Below, in pieces: positions 50,254-58,656 of a DNA stretch of 64,000 nucleotides (positions are counted from its first letter, which is position 1; each line of letters starts with the position of its first letter). The translations under genes and the position numbers were made by a program. The DNA lies in the NCBI GenBank assembly GCA_034433305.1, contig DAOUAM010000052.1, positions 2,210-66,209 on the forward strand, read 5' to 3'. The notes beneath the pieces were generated by a model. That model did no database searches. It was given only the letters and a program-made list of their open reading frames with translations, and was not told where the DNA came from. The stretch is from Dehalococcoidia bacterium (GTDB lineage: Bacteria > Chloroflexota > Dehalococcoidia > Lucifugimonadales > DAOUAM01).

Positions 50254-51153
50254 ATGGTCCAGATAGAGTACGCCTGGCGGGAACTGCTGCGCAAGCTGGA
50301 AGGGGGTGGCCCCTGGCGGAGCGTCTTTGTCATAGGCTCCACAGGCTCGGGCAAGACCACCTTCTGCCGTTTCCTGGGGGAGTGGCTGTCCAGGCGCTGG
50401 CGCACCGCCGCCGTGGACTGTGACCCGGGGCAATCGGCCCTGGGGCTGCCCACCAGCCTGGCCCTGGCATGGGAGCCCTGGGACGGTGGCCGCCCGCTGG
50501 CGCTGCGCTTCGTCGGCTCCACCTCGCCCGCTGGCCACTTCCTGGCGATGCTCTCCGGCGTCAAGCGCCTGGCCGACCTGGCAGTGGCTGAGGGCGCGCA
50601 GAAGCTGGTCTTTGACTCCTCTGGTTACATGGACTTCGAGGCAGGCCGGGAGTTCCACTTCCACCTGGTGGACATGCTGGGGCCTGACCACCTGGTGGCT
50701 ATCCAGCAGGGCGCGGAGCTGGAGCCGCTGCTGGGCTGGTTTGCCCGTGGGCTGAGGCCACGCGTCCACCGGCTGCCCGTCTCCAGCGCCGTCAGGGTGC
50801 GCAGCCGGGAGGAGCGCCGCGCCTACCGTGAGGGGAAGTTCGCGGCCTACTTCGCCGGGGCCACGCTCCAGGCCCTGCCCCTGGACGGCATAGGCCTCGT
50901 TGGCGTGGACAGCGCCCGGGGCCGGGAAGGGGAGTGGCGCCAGCGGCTGGTGGCCCTGTGCGACCGGCGCGGCTTTGTGGTGGCCCTGGGCATCGGGGAG
51001 GCGCTGGACCTGGAGCGCGGCGTGCTGTGGCTGCGCGCGCCGGCCTTCGAGCCGGGGCAGGTCGCCCTGATCATGCCTGGCTCCCTCAGACTGGACTCCT
51101 CGGGGCGGGAAATCTGGCCCAGCCTGGCGGGGGATATTGACAAACGCACCTGA
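50254..51153 (+). CDS. Clp1/Grc3-like P-loop polynucleotide 5'-kinase homologue
   Basis: VFVIGSTGSGKTTFCRFL (Walker A), AAVDCDPGQS (Clp1 D-x-D-x-GQ clasp), LVFDSSGYMD (Walker B-like NT.GW equivalent), and a PDHLVAIQ strand. Confidence 0.55.
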   Translation: MVQIEYAWRELLRKLEGGGPWRSVFVIGSTGSGKTTFCRFLGEWLSRRWRTAAVDCDPGQSALGLPTSLALAWEPWDGGRPLALRFVGSTSPAGHFLAMLSGVKRLADLAVAEGAQKLVFDSSGYMDFEAGREFHFHLVDMLGPDHLVAIQQGAELEPLLGWFARGLRPRVHRLPVSSAVRVRSREERRAYREGKFAAYFAGATLQALPLDGIGLVGVDSARGREGEWRQRLVALCDRRGFVVALGIGEALDLERGVLWLRAPAFEPGQVALIMPGSLRLDSSGREIWPSLAGDIDKRT

Positions 51154-51264
51154 CACTGGTACAGTTGCACACGATGTCTAACCCAAGCGTTCTGTGCTTC
51201 TGTTGTTGTATGAGGACATAGGGCGCAGCGACCGCTGCGGCTAGACTGACTGCTGCCAGTTCGG

Positions 51265-51313
51265 GTTGCGCCCCTCAAGTAAAGAAGCTCTTGAGGGGCG
51301 CAACCTTTTTTAT
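51265..51313 (+). terminator. strong intrinsic terminator / candidate attenuator, ending 25 nt before the sir start codon
   Basis: Perfect 15-bp stem GTTGCGCCCCTCAAG-(10 nt)-CTTGAGGGGCGCAAC, followed by CTTTTTTATT. Confidence 0.8.
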
Positions 51314-51337
51314 TGTGTTCCTCCGGGGAGGTGGAAG

Positions 51338-53035
51338 ATGGACCGACAGGCCCACATCCCAACCGGGCAAGCCCAGCCCAGGAAGCTGGACATACCCACT
51401 TGGGACGATGTTTACAAGCGCAACAGCATCGAGCGCATGAAGCGGGAGAAGTTCCCGCTGGACATCGTCAACGAGCTGCCCCAGCTCATTGCCACCGGGT
51501 ACGAAGCGCTGCCGGAGGAGGATATAGTGCGGCTCCAGTGGTGGGGCCTCTACCATGACAAGCCCAAGGTAGGCTACTTCATGATGCGCATCAAGATACC
51601 CGGCGGCCATCTCCAGCCTCGCCAGTTCCGGGCCATCGGCGAGATCTCCAACCGCTTTGGCAGGGGCTATGGCGAGCTTAGCACGCGCCAGAACGTGCAG
51701 CTCCACTGGATAAGGCTGGACGACCTGCCGGCCGTCTTTGACTTCCTGAAGGCCAACGAGCTGACCACGGCCGGCGGCTGCGGGGACACGGTGCGCAACA
51801 TCACGGGCTGTCCTGTCGCTGGCATAGACCAGGAGGAGCTTTTCGACGTCCAGCCGGTGATCGAGGCCGCGGCCAGGTACTTCTACGGCAACCGCGAGTT
51901 CTCGGACCTGCCTCGTAAGCACAAGTACACCATCAGCGCTTGCCCGTACCAGTGCAACGCCCCGGAGGTCCACTGCATCGGGCTGGTGGGCGTTGTCAAG
52001 GACGGACGCCAGGGCTTCGCGGTGCGCATCGGCGGCGGGCTGTCGGCCCAGCCACGCATCGCCAGGGACATGGGGGTGTTCGTGCCAGCCGAGGATACTA
52101 TCAGCGTGCTGGCCGCCATCACGGGCGTCTGGCGGGACAACCCGCGCTACCGCATGAGCCGCGCCAAGGCCCGGCTCAAGTTCATGGTGGACGACTACGG
52201 CCCCCAGGAGATGCGCCGCATGGTGGAGGAGCGCCTGGGCCGCAAGCTGGAGGACTTCGCGGCGCCCGTGCCCATCGGCGAGACCAGCCACCTGGGCATA
52301 CACAAGCAGAAGCAGCGTGGCCTGTCCTACATCGGCTTCCCCGTCTCCATCGGCTGGATGTCCGGCGACCAGATGAAGCGCGTGGCCGACATCGCCGAGG
52401 AGGTGGGCGCCGATATCCGCCTCACCCGTGACCAGAACTTCATCATCGGCAACGTGCCCAACAGGCAGGTGAGGCAGGTGGTGCGCAGGGTCGGCGAGGC
52501 AGGCTTCCCGCTGACCATCAACCACATCTACGGCGTGTCCATCGGCTGCACCGGCGAGCCTTTCTGCAACTACTCGGTGACCGAGACCAAGGAGAAGCTG
52601 AAGGAGGTGCTGGAGCGCCTGGACGCCCGCTTTGGCCAGGAGGTGTCCAACCTGAAGGTGTACCTGGACGGCTGCCCTCACGCCTGTGGTCAGCACTGGG
52701 TCGGCGACATCGGCCTCATGGGCACCACCGGCCGCGCCGAGACGGGCCAGAAGCTCCAGGCCTTCGACATCATCCTGCGCGGCGGCCTGGGGAGAAAGAC
52801 GGCCATCGGCAGGCAGGTGCTGCGCCGCGTCCCCAGCGCCCGGGCCACCGAGTACGTGGAGCGGCTGGTGGCGGCGTGGCTGGAGGAGAAGCGCGCCCTC
52901 AACGGCCAGGGCGACGGGTCCTCCTTCAGGGACTTCTGCGACAGGCACAGCGACGAGGAGATCGCGACCATCGCCACCGGCGGGCAGGCCGTCGGGGCTG
53001 CAGCGGCGCAGGCCGCCGACAACGACGGCGCCTAG
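51338..53035 (+). CDS. sir: ferredoxin-dependent sulfite (nitrite/sulfite) reductase hemoprotein
   Basis: Duplicated NIR_SIR domains. Siroheme-[4Fe-4S] Cys motifs: TGCPVAG..., CTGEPFCNYS and GCPHACGQH. Followed by cysH. The start ATG at 51338 lies behind GGGGAGGTGGAAG. Confidence 0.85.
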   Translation: MDRQAHIPTGQAQPRKLDIPTWDDVYKRNSIERMKREKFPLDIVNELPQLIATGYEALPEEDIVRLQWWGLYHDKPKVGYFMMRIKIPGGHLQPRQFRAIGEISNRFGRGYGELSTRQNVQLHWIRLDDLPAVFDFLKANELTTAGGCGDTVRNITGCPVAGIDQEELFDVQPVIEAAARYFYGNREFSDLPRKHKYTISACPYQCNAPEVHCIGLVGVVKDGRQGFAVRIGGGLSAQPRIARDMGVFVPAEDTISVLAAITGVWRDNPRYRMSRAKARLKFMVDDYGPQEMRRMVEERLGRKLEDFAAPVPIGETSHLGIHKQKQRGLSYIGFPVSIGWMSGDQMKRVADIAEEVGADIRLTRDQNFIIGNVPNRQVRQVVRRVGEAGFPLTINHIYGVSIGCTGEPFCNYSVTETKEKLKEVLERLDARFGQEVSNLKVYLDGCPHACGQHWVGDIGLMGTTGRAETGQKLQAFDIILRGGLGRKTAIGRQVLRRVPSARATEYVERLVAAWLEEKRALNGQGDGSSFRDFCDRHSDEEIATIATGGQAVGAAAAQAADNDGA

Positions 53036-53074
53036 CCCTCGCACAACGGCATTTTTGAGCAGGAGAGCAGCGGA

Positions 53075-53893
53075 ATGGTAAAGCAGAGGGTCGTGTTTGA
53101 TGACCTGGAGATTGGCGAGATAGCCCTGGAACTGGACGACAAGCGCCCCGAGGATGTCATAGAGTGGGGACTCAAGACCTTCGACGACTCGGTGGCCATA
53201 GTCACCTCCTTCCAGACGGACGGCACGGTGATCCTGGACATGGCCTGCCGCATCAAGCCCGATGTCAGGGTGATTACCGTTGACTCGGGACGGTTGCCCA
53301 AAGAGACCTACGAGTTCATGGAGACTATCCGGGGACGCTACCCGGGCATCCGCTTCGAGGTCCTCTTTCCCGACTACCGCGAGGTGGAGGCCATGGTCCG
53401 CCGCCAGGGCATCAACCTGTTTTACAAGAATGTCCCCATGCGCCTGCTCTGCTGCCAGGTCCGCAAGGTCCGCCCGCTGCAGCGGGCGCTGGACCACCTG
53501 GACGCCTGGTTCACTGGCCTGCGCCGCGACCAGTGGGCGTCCCGCGCTAACATCCGCAAGGTGGAGATTGACCACGACCACAACGGCATCGTGAAGCTCA
53601 ACCCCCTGGCGGACTGGAACAAGGAGGATGTCTGGGACTACATCCGGCAGAACAACCTGCCTTACCATCCGCTCTACGACAGGGGCTACACCAGCATCGG
53701 CTGCGACCCCTGCACGCGGCCCATCAGCCAGGGCGAGGACGACAGGGCCGGGCGCTGGTGGTGGGAGCGGAACGCGCCCAAGGAGTGCGGCATCCACTGC
53801 CCCATAGAGACCGGCGGCTTCGAGCACGAGGTGGCCGCCATCCTGGGTGAGGCCCACGGCCGCAACGGCCAGTCCAACGGCCATCACGGCTAG
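53075..53893 (+). CDS. cysH: phosphoadenosine/adenosine 5'-phosphosulfate reductase (Fe-S, APS-reductase type)
   Basis: PAPS_reduct fold (SFQTDGTVILDM, DSGRLPKETYEF), plus a CC pair (LLCCQVRK), CDPCT and the C-terminal ECGIH motif. Confidence 0.88.
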   Translation: MVKQRVVFDDLEIGEIALELDDKRPEDVIEWGLKTFDDSVAIVTSFQTDGTVILDMACRIKPDVRVITVDSGRLPKETYEFMETIRGRYPGIRFEVLFPDYREVEAMVRRQGINLFYKNVPMRLLCCQVRKVRPLQRALDHLDAWFTGLRRDQWASRANIRKVEIDHDHNGIVKLNPLADWNKEDVWDYIRQNNLPYHPLYDRGYTSIGCDPCTRPISQGEDDRAGRWWWERNAPKECGIHCPIETGGFEHEVAAILGEAHGRNGQSNGHHG

Positions 53894-54025
53894 GCGGGCC
53901 TCTCAGGCCAGTGTCGGACACTGGCCCAGTGCAGGTCAGTTTGGCAGGGCGCTTTGCCCCTCTGGTGGCATTTCCTCCGGGGGGCCGGGCGCCCTGCTAT
54001 TGTAAATGGCACCGAGGTACTGGAA

Positions 54026-54523
54026 ATGGCGGAGCAGGATACGGAGCGTCGGGAGCCACTGGCGCTCACTGAGGAGGAAAGAGACCTGGTGCGGTCCGAG
54101 GTGGACGCCATACTGCCAGCGCTCTCTGGCCAGCGCCGGGAGGCGTACCAGGCCCTGGCCGACGCCACGGCCTCGGGCCAGGTGCCGCCGGACCTGGTGC
54201 CCCTGCTGGAGGGCCTGATAGTGCTGGCCCTGGAGACAGGCCGCGCCCGCCGGGTCCACCGCGCCGAGGGCGAGCGCATCCTCACCGAGCTTTTCCGCAG
54301 GACGCCGCGAGGCAGGGAGATGAGCAGGGAGCTTTCCAGGGTCAACAAGGCCCTGGAGGTGCTGAGGGGCCAGGCAGTGAACAGCATCCACGTGGCCATG
54401 CGCACCCTGGGCCACTTCACCCTGTCCATCGAGACCGAGGCGGCCAGCATCACCCTGGCCGTCCGGCCCGACAGCGTCGCCGTGGACAGCGTCGCCGTCG
54501 GTGGCGAGGCCGGTGTGGGGTAG
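54026..54523 (+). CDS. hypothetical protein
   Basis: A 165-aa ORF (MAEQDTERREPLALTEEERDLV...), helical and acidic/Arg-rich. No family was recognised. It keeps the codon-position GC pattern of its neighbours. Confidence 0.4.
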   Translation: MAEQDTERREPLALTEEERDLVRSEVDAILPALSGQRREAYQALADATASGQVPPDLVPLLEGLIVLALETGRARRVHRAEGERILTELFRRTPRGREMSRELSRVNKALEVLRGQAVNSIHVAMRTLGHFTLSIETEAASITLAVRPDSVAVDSVAVGGEAGVG

Positions 54524-54648
54524 GGGCGCTGCCCCGCCTGCGGTAGCAGACCTCACCCCATTACATGCTGCTCCCCGTTTGTAGCTCCCGGCCCAGCCTG
54601 CTATCATAGCCAGACGTGAGCAGCCCAAATGTCCCGTGAGAGGTCCAT

Positions 54649-55476
54649 ATGCAGCGTCTTTCTGGTCAGGTTGCCATCGTTACAGGCGGGGCCAGCGGCA
54701 TCGGCGGGGCGACGGCCCGCAGGCTGGCCGAGGAAGGGGCCAAAGTCCTCATCGCCGACGTTGACGAAGCCACGGCCAGGGCCAACGCGGCCAGAATCGC
54801 CGAGGCAAGCGGGGAGGCCCAGGTCATCCGCGCCGACGTGGGCAAGCACGAGGACGTCAAGGCCCTGGTGCAGCGCGCCGTGGAGCTATGGGGCAGGCTG
54901 GACATCCTGGTCAATAACGCCTACCGCTCCATCGGCGGAAGGACGGGTACGTCGCTGGAAGTGGAGGAGGACGTCTGGGACCGCGAGTTCGACGTGCTGC
55001 TGAAGGCTATCTACCTGGGGTGCCGGTACGCCATTCCCCACATGCTCCAGGCCGGCAGGGGCAGCATCGTGAACATCGCGTCGGTACATGGCCTGCTCTC
55101 CTCGGGCAGGACGTGGCATATCTATGACACGGCCAAGACAGCCGTCATAGGCATCACGCGGCAGCTTGCCGTAGAGTGGGGCCCGCAGGGTATCCGGGCC
55201 AATGCCATCTGCCCCGGCCTCATCGTCACCGAGCGCAGCGAGGAGCACTACGCCCGGCCCGAGAGGCTGGCCTTCGTGCAGCAGCAGTACCCGCTGCGAC
55301 GCCACGGCTGGCCCAGGGACATCGCCAACGTGGTAGCCTTCCTGTGCTCCGAGGACGCCTCCTTCATCACTGGCCAGGCCATCGCGGTGGACGGCGGCCT
55401 GACGGTGCAGTTGCAGGACGCCTTCGCCGAGCGCATCGCCCGCTTTGTGCGCGAGCACCCGGAGGTCCAGTTTTAG
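54649..55476 (+). CDS. SDR family oxidoreductase
   Basis: TGGASGIGGATA, NNA and Y-x3-K (YDTAKTAV). Confidence 0.88.
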   Translation: MQRLSGQVAIVTGGASGIGGATARRLAEEGAKVLIADVDEATARANAARIAEASGEAQVIRADVGKHEDVKALVQRAVELWGRLDILVNNAYRSIGGRTGTSLEVEEDVWDREFDVLLKAIYLGCRYAIPHMLQAGRGSIVNIASVHGLLSSGRTWHIYDTAKTAVIGITRQLAVEWGPQGIRANAICPGLIVTERSEEHYARPERLAFVQQQYPLRRHGWPRDIANVVAFLCSEDASFITGQAIAVDGGLTVQLQDAFAERIARFVREHPEVQF

Positions 55477-55553
55477 GGGTATGTCTGGCCTGGAAGGCCT
55501 CCGTGGGGTATTATCTTGGCAGTCAAGGTCTGGCAGGACATGGAGGTGTGCCC

Positions 55554-56078
55554 ATGGAGGTCCATGAATGTATCGTGTCGCGCCGGACGGTCAGGACCTT
55601 CAGCCCTGACCCTGTGCCCAGGAGGGTAGTCGTCAGAGTCCTCAACGCAGGCAGGCGCGCCCCCAGCTCGCGCCATCAGCAGCCCTGGCACTTCATTGTC
55701 ATCCAGGACCGGGCCATGCTGCAGGAGATCGGCGGCGTTGCAACCTCTGGACGGTTCATCACCCAGGCGCCCCTGGCCATCGCCATAGTAATGGACCAGA
55801 ACGCCGACAGGCCGGAGCTGGACGCTGGCAGGGCGATCCAGCAGATGGAGCTTGTGGCCTGGGCCGAGGGCCTGGGTACGTGCTTCGTCGGCCTGCGGGA
55901 CCCGGAGCAGAACCGCAAGGTCAAGGAGCTACTGGGCATACCCGCTGGCATGACGCTGGTCACGGTGATGCCCTTCGGCTACCGTCCCGAGGGGTTCAAG
56001 AGCGCCGGCAGGGGGCGGAAACGCCTTAGCGAGGTCGCCCACGAGGAGAGGTTCGGGCAGCCCTACGTGGCCGACTGA
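55554..56078 (+). CDS. nitroreductase family protein
   Basis: CIVSRRTVRTFSPDPVP...APSSRHQQPWHFIVI. The start is trimmed to ATG 55554. Confidence 0.8.
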   Translation: MEVHECIVSRRTVRTFSPDPVPRRVVVRVLNAGRRAPSSRHQQPWHFIVIQDRAMLQEIGGVATSGRFITQAPLAIAIVMDQNADRPELDAGRAIQQMELVAWAEGLGTCFVGLRDPEQNRKVKELLGIPAGMTLVTVMPFGYRPEGFKSAGRGRKRLSEVAHEERFGQPYVAD

Positions 56079-56162
56079 GGACATGCGCGGTGGCCTCAGT
56101 CCTGCCCGCCGACTCTGAAGGCACGAGACTCGGCGAACGGGCCTTTTTTTAAGGAGGACAGG

Positions 56163-56522
56163 ATGGCTGAGCTTACGCTGGCCTATCGAGTACGGAGCTA
56201 CAGCTCGGGCACCCACGGGCGGGCCATCTGCAACGCCCGCAACCACCACTGGGTGGCCGACGACTCGGGAGGCGAGGAGATCGGCGCCGGGGAGATGTTC
56301 CTGGGAGGCATATCCGCCTGCGCCGTCAACATGATAGAGCGGCTGGCCAGGCAGGACCAGGTGCCCCTGGACTGGATGGACGTGAGCGTGGAGGCCTACC
56401 GCGACCCGGACAGGGCCCCCGGCGAGCGCACGGTGTACGACGACATCCGCATTCACATCCAGATGTGGGGCGTGGACGACGACCAGGGCCAGAAGCTGGT
56501 GGAGTTATGGAAGCGACGCTGA
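56163..56522 (+). CDS. OsmC/Ohr-family protein
   Basis: The size (119 aa) and the pattern GAGEMFLGGISACAVNMIE...DDIRIHIQMWGVD fit. The start follows AAGGAGGACAGG. Confidence 0.5.
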   Translation: MAELTLAYRVRSYSSGTHGRAICNARNHHWVADDSGGEEIGAGEMFLGGISACAVNMIERLARQDQVPLDWMDVSVEAYRDPDRAPGERTVYDDIRIHIQMWGVDDDQGQKLVELWKRR

Positions 56523-56835
56523 CCTCTGTATGGCTCGGTCGCCGTGGCGACCCCCAGCACGAAAGTGACCGCTGAGGTACACTCCGAGAGCCGCCGGCGT
56601 TATACCAGCCCTGCTTGAAGGTGGCGGTCAGGCCCCTGGTGGCCGGCAGGCGTGCGCAGATAGCCTGTTCCATGCATACGTGGGCTGGCACCGTGGGGCG
56701 TGGCCTGTCTATCCCACCCGCCCTCGCCATGTTTCCGCGGCCCAGCCCCGCCCGTGGGCTGGGCCGAAATAGTATTGGGCGCGTGTGAGTAACGGCCTGG
56801 CGCGGCGTGGCCCTGCTCTGGCGCCAAAAGAAAAG

Positions 56836-56909
56836 CGTCCCTGGCAGGATTCGAACCCGCGACCCGCTGCTTAGAAGGCAGCTGCTCTATCCACCTGAGC
56901 TACAGGGAC
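56836..56909 (-). tRNA. tRNA-Arg (anticodon TCT), CCA not encoded
   Basis: The reverse complement reads GTCCCTGTAGCTCAGGTGGATAGAGCAGCTGCCTTCTAAGCAGCGGGTCGCGGGTTCGAATCCTGCCAGGGACG, a cloverleaf with anticodon loop CTTCTAA. Confidence 0.9.
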
Positions 56910-57015
56910 GTGTACCAGGTTTCAGTGTAGCAGCACGCGGCAGACATGGTCAAGGAATCGCCCACCCAGTCAACGAGGGACACCAGGGCTATGGGTAACG
57001 TTCCCGGGCTGGCCC

Positions 57016-57516
57016 TCAACCACGGCCAAGGGACTGAGTGTTTACCCTGTGGACGGCATAGTCGCCGGCGCGGATGCAGCGGACGCTGGATATGTGGATG
57101 CCGCGCAGGTCGGCCAGGGTGGTATAGCGGCGCTGGACCTCGTTGCCCAGTGGCCGTGCCATCAGGCTGGCGCCCATGATGGCCACGGCTGCTATGGGCA
57201 GCCGCTGCAAGAGTATGCCCTTTCTCCTGATGATAATTCCCGAGAGCAGGCCGGCCAGCACTGCCCCCACGACCAGGTTGGTGCCACAGTAAGGCGATAC
57301 GGCCAGGTCGCGCTCGCCACCGTGCAGGCGCTGCAGGGCCTCCGAGGCTGCGGAGGCGACCTCCTCTGTGGGGAGCCTGCCATAGATGAAGAAGCCGCCC
57401 AGGGCGGCATTGCCGCCGATAGGCGGGCGTGCGCCCCTCTCCAGCAGCACCTCGATGGTGGCGTGTTCCAGGGCATGGTTCTGGCGCACGCGCCTGATGA
57501 GCCTGGTTATGTCCAT
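57016..57516 (-). CDS. hypothetical membrane protein (NHALEHAT motif)
   Basis: MDITRLIRRVRQNHALEHATIEVLL... has two hydrophobic segments. The ATG at 57516 follows GGAGGAGAC. No family name could be assigned with confidence. Confidence 0.5.
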   Translation of the reverse strand: MDITRLIRRVRQNHALEHATIEVLLERGARPPIGGNAALGGFFIYGRLPTEEVASAASEALQRLHGGERDLAVSPYCGTNLVVGAVLAGLLSGIIIRRKGILLQRLPIAAVAIMGASLMARPLGNEVQRRYTTLADLRGIHISSVRCIRAGDYAVHRVNTQSLGRG

Positions 57517-57723
57517 GTCTCCTCCGCTCAAGCTGGAAGGCTGATACCATCCTAGCAGACGCGACAGCGGCCTTCCACTCGGGGCCGCCATCAATAATTT
57601 AAACGTAAAATAAGCGTGTAGCTCTTATGTGGACAGGTGTGGACGCCCGGCCCGTGCGCCCGGGGCCGGCAGGGGAAGGCAGAAATCTCAAGAAATGTAT
57701 TAGAAACACTATTGAAAAAGTAG

Positions 57724-57752
57724 TTGACATTCTGCGGGCCTGGCCGTAGTAT
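57724..57752 (+). promoter_or_regulatory. near-consensus sigma-70 promoter
   Basis: TTGACA, a 17-nt spacer, then TAGTAT, in an AT-rich patch about 40 nt upstream of the small HTH gene. Confidence 0.6.
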
Positions 57753-57792
57753 GTTAACCAACAAAACAGGAAATTGGACGGAGGACAGATTC

Positions 57793-58017
57793 ATGACCAG
57801 AAAAACTCGGAAAATGACAGCGGTCGAAGAGCAGTTCCATCAGCCCCTGGAGAAGATCCTGCCTGAGCTGGTCACCGAGAAGGGCCTGTCCGCCACGGCG
57901 GAGCAACTCGGAGTGAGCAAGGCCACCCTGGGCTACTGGCTCCTGAAGCTGGGCATCAACGTCAGGAGGGTCGCCCTGGCCCCCGGCGAGTCCATAGAGG
58001 TCAAGCGGGTAAGGTAG
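57793..58017 (+). CDS. small HTH DNA-binding protein (74 aa)
   Basis: LSATAEQLGVSKATLGYWLLKLGI is a helix-turn-helix. The ATG at 57793 follows GACGGAGGAC. Confidence 0.5.
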   Translation: MTRKTRKMTAVEEQFHQPLEKILPELVTEKGLSATAEQLGVSKATLGYWLLKLGINVRRVALAPGESIEVKRVR

Positions 58018-58095
58018 CCTGGGCGTGGCGGACCGGCGGAAGCCAGCCCGCCGGAGGGCCAGGAGAGGCAGTGAAAGGGCAGGGTAGAGCAGGAC

Positions 58096-58145
58096 AAAAA
58101 GGAGAGGCCCGCCTGTACATTCATCCAGGCGGGCCTCTCCTTTTT
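58096..58145. terminator. bidirectional intrinsic terminator
   Basis: AAAAA-GGAGAGGCCCGCCTG-(10 nt)-CAGGCGGGCCTCTCC-TTTTT, between the convergent HTH gene and smpB. Confidence 0.85.
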
Positions 58146-58173
58146 GTCGGCGTGTCGCCGGCGGGGCGCTGCC

Positions 58174-58656
58174 TCAGCGGCGCCGGCCAACGGCCTGGCG
58201 CGCCTCGCGCTCCCGCTCTTGCTCGATGATGGCCTGGCGCTTGTCGTACTGCCTGCGGCCTCGGGCCAGGCCCAGCTCCACCTTGGCCACGTGCCGCTTG
58301 ATGTACAGCCGGAGCGGCACTATGGTGAAGCCCTTCTGGGCCACCTGCCTGGACAGCCGCTGCAGTTCGTCCTTGTGGAGCAGCAGCTTGCGTGGGCGGG
58401 TAGGCTCGTGGTTATTGTAGCTGGCCGACGAGTACTGGGATATGTGGGCGTTGACCAGCCACAGCTCGCCACCCTCGGGCTTGGCGTAGGCATCGGACAG
58501 GTTGACGCGGCCCTCCCTTATGGCCTTGATCTCTGTGCCCGTCAGCACCAGGCCGGCCTCCACCGTCTCCACGATGTCATACTCGTGGCGTGCTTTGCGG
58601 TTGACGGTGATGGTCTTCTCCTGGGCCACGCTCTCAGCCTGCCTTCCTGGAGTCAA
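58174..58656 (-). CDS. smpB: SsrA-binding protein
   Basis: NRKARHEYDIVETVEAGLVLTGTEIKAIREGRVNLSDAY...RPRKLLLHKDEL. Confidence 0.93.
   Translation of the reverse strand: MTPGRQAESVAQEKTITVNRKARHEYDIVETVEAGLVLTGTEIKAIREGRVNLSDAYAKPEGGELWLVNAHISQYSSASYNNHEPTRPRKLLLHKDELQRLSRQVAQKGFTIVPLRLYIKRHVAKVELGLARGRRQYDKRQAIIEQEREREARQAVGRRR

Noticed and set aside
56523-56835. Integrated island at tRNA-Arg(TCT), looked for as a direct repeat of the tRNA 3' end.
   Set aside because: I found no second copy of the GGATTCGAACCCGCGACC segment and no integrase gene. The only feature in the spacer is a GC hairpin (GGCCCAGCC...GGCTGGGCC).
57517-58173. tmRNA (ssrA) expected near smpB.
   Set aside because: No tRNA-Ala-like acceptor/T-arm ending in CCA, no GGGGCUGA-type 5' end and no tag reading frame was found in the flanking intergenic regions.
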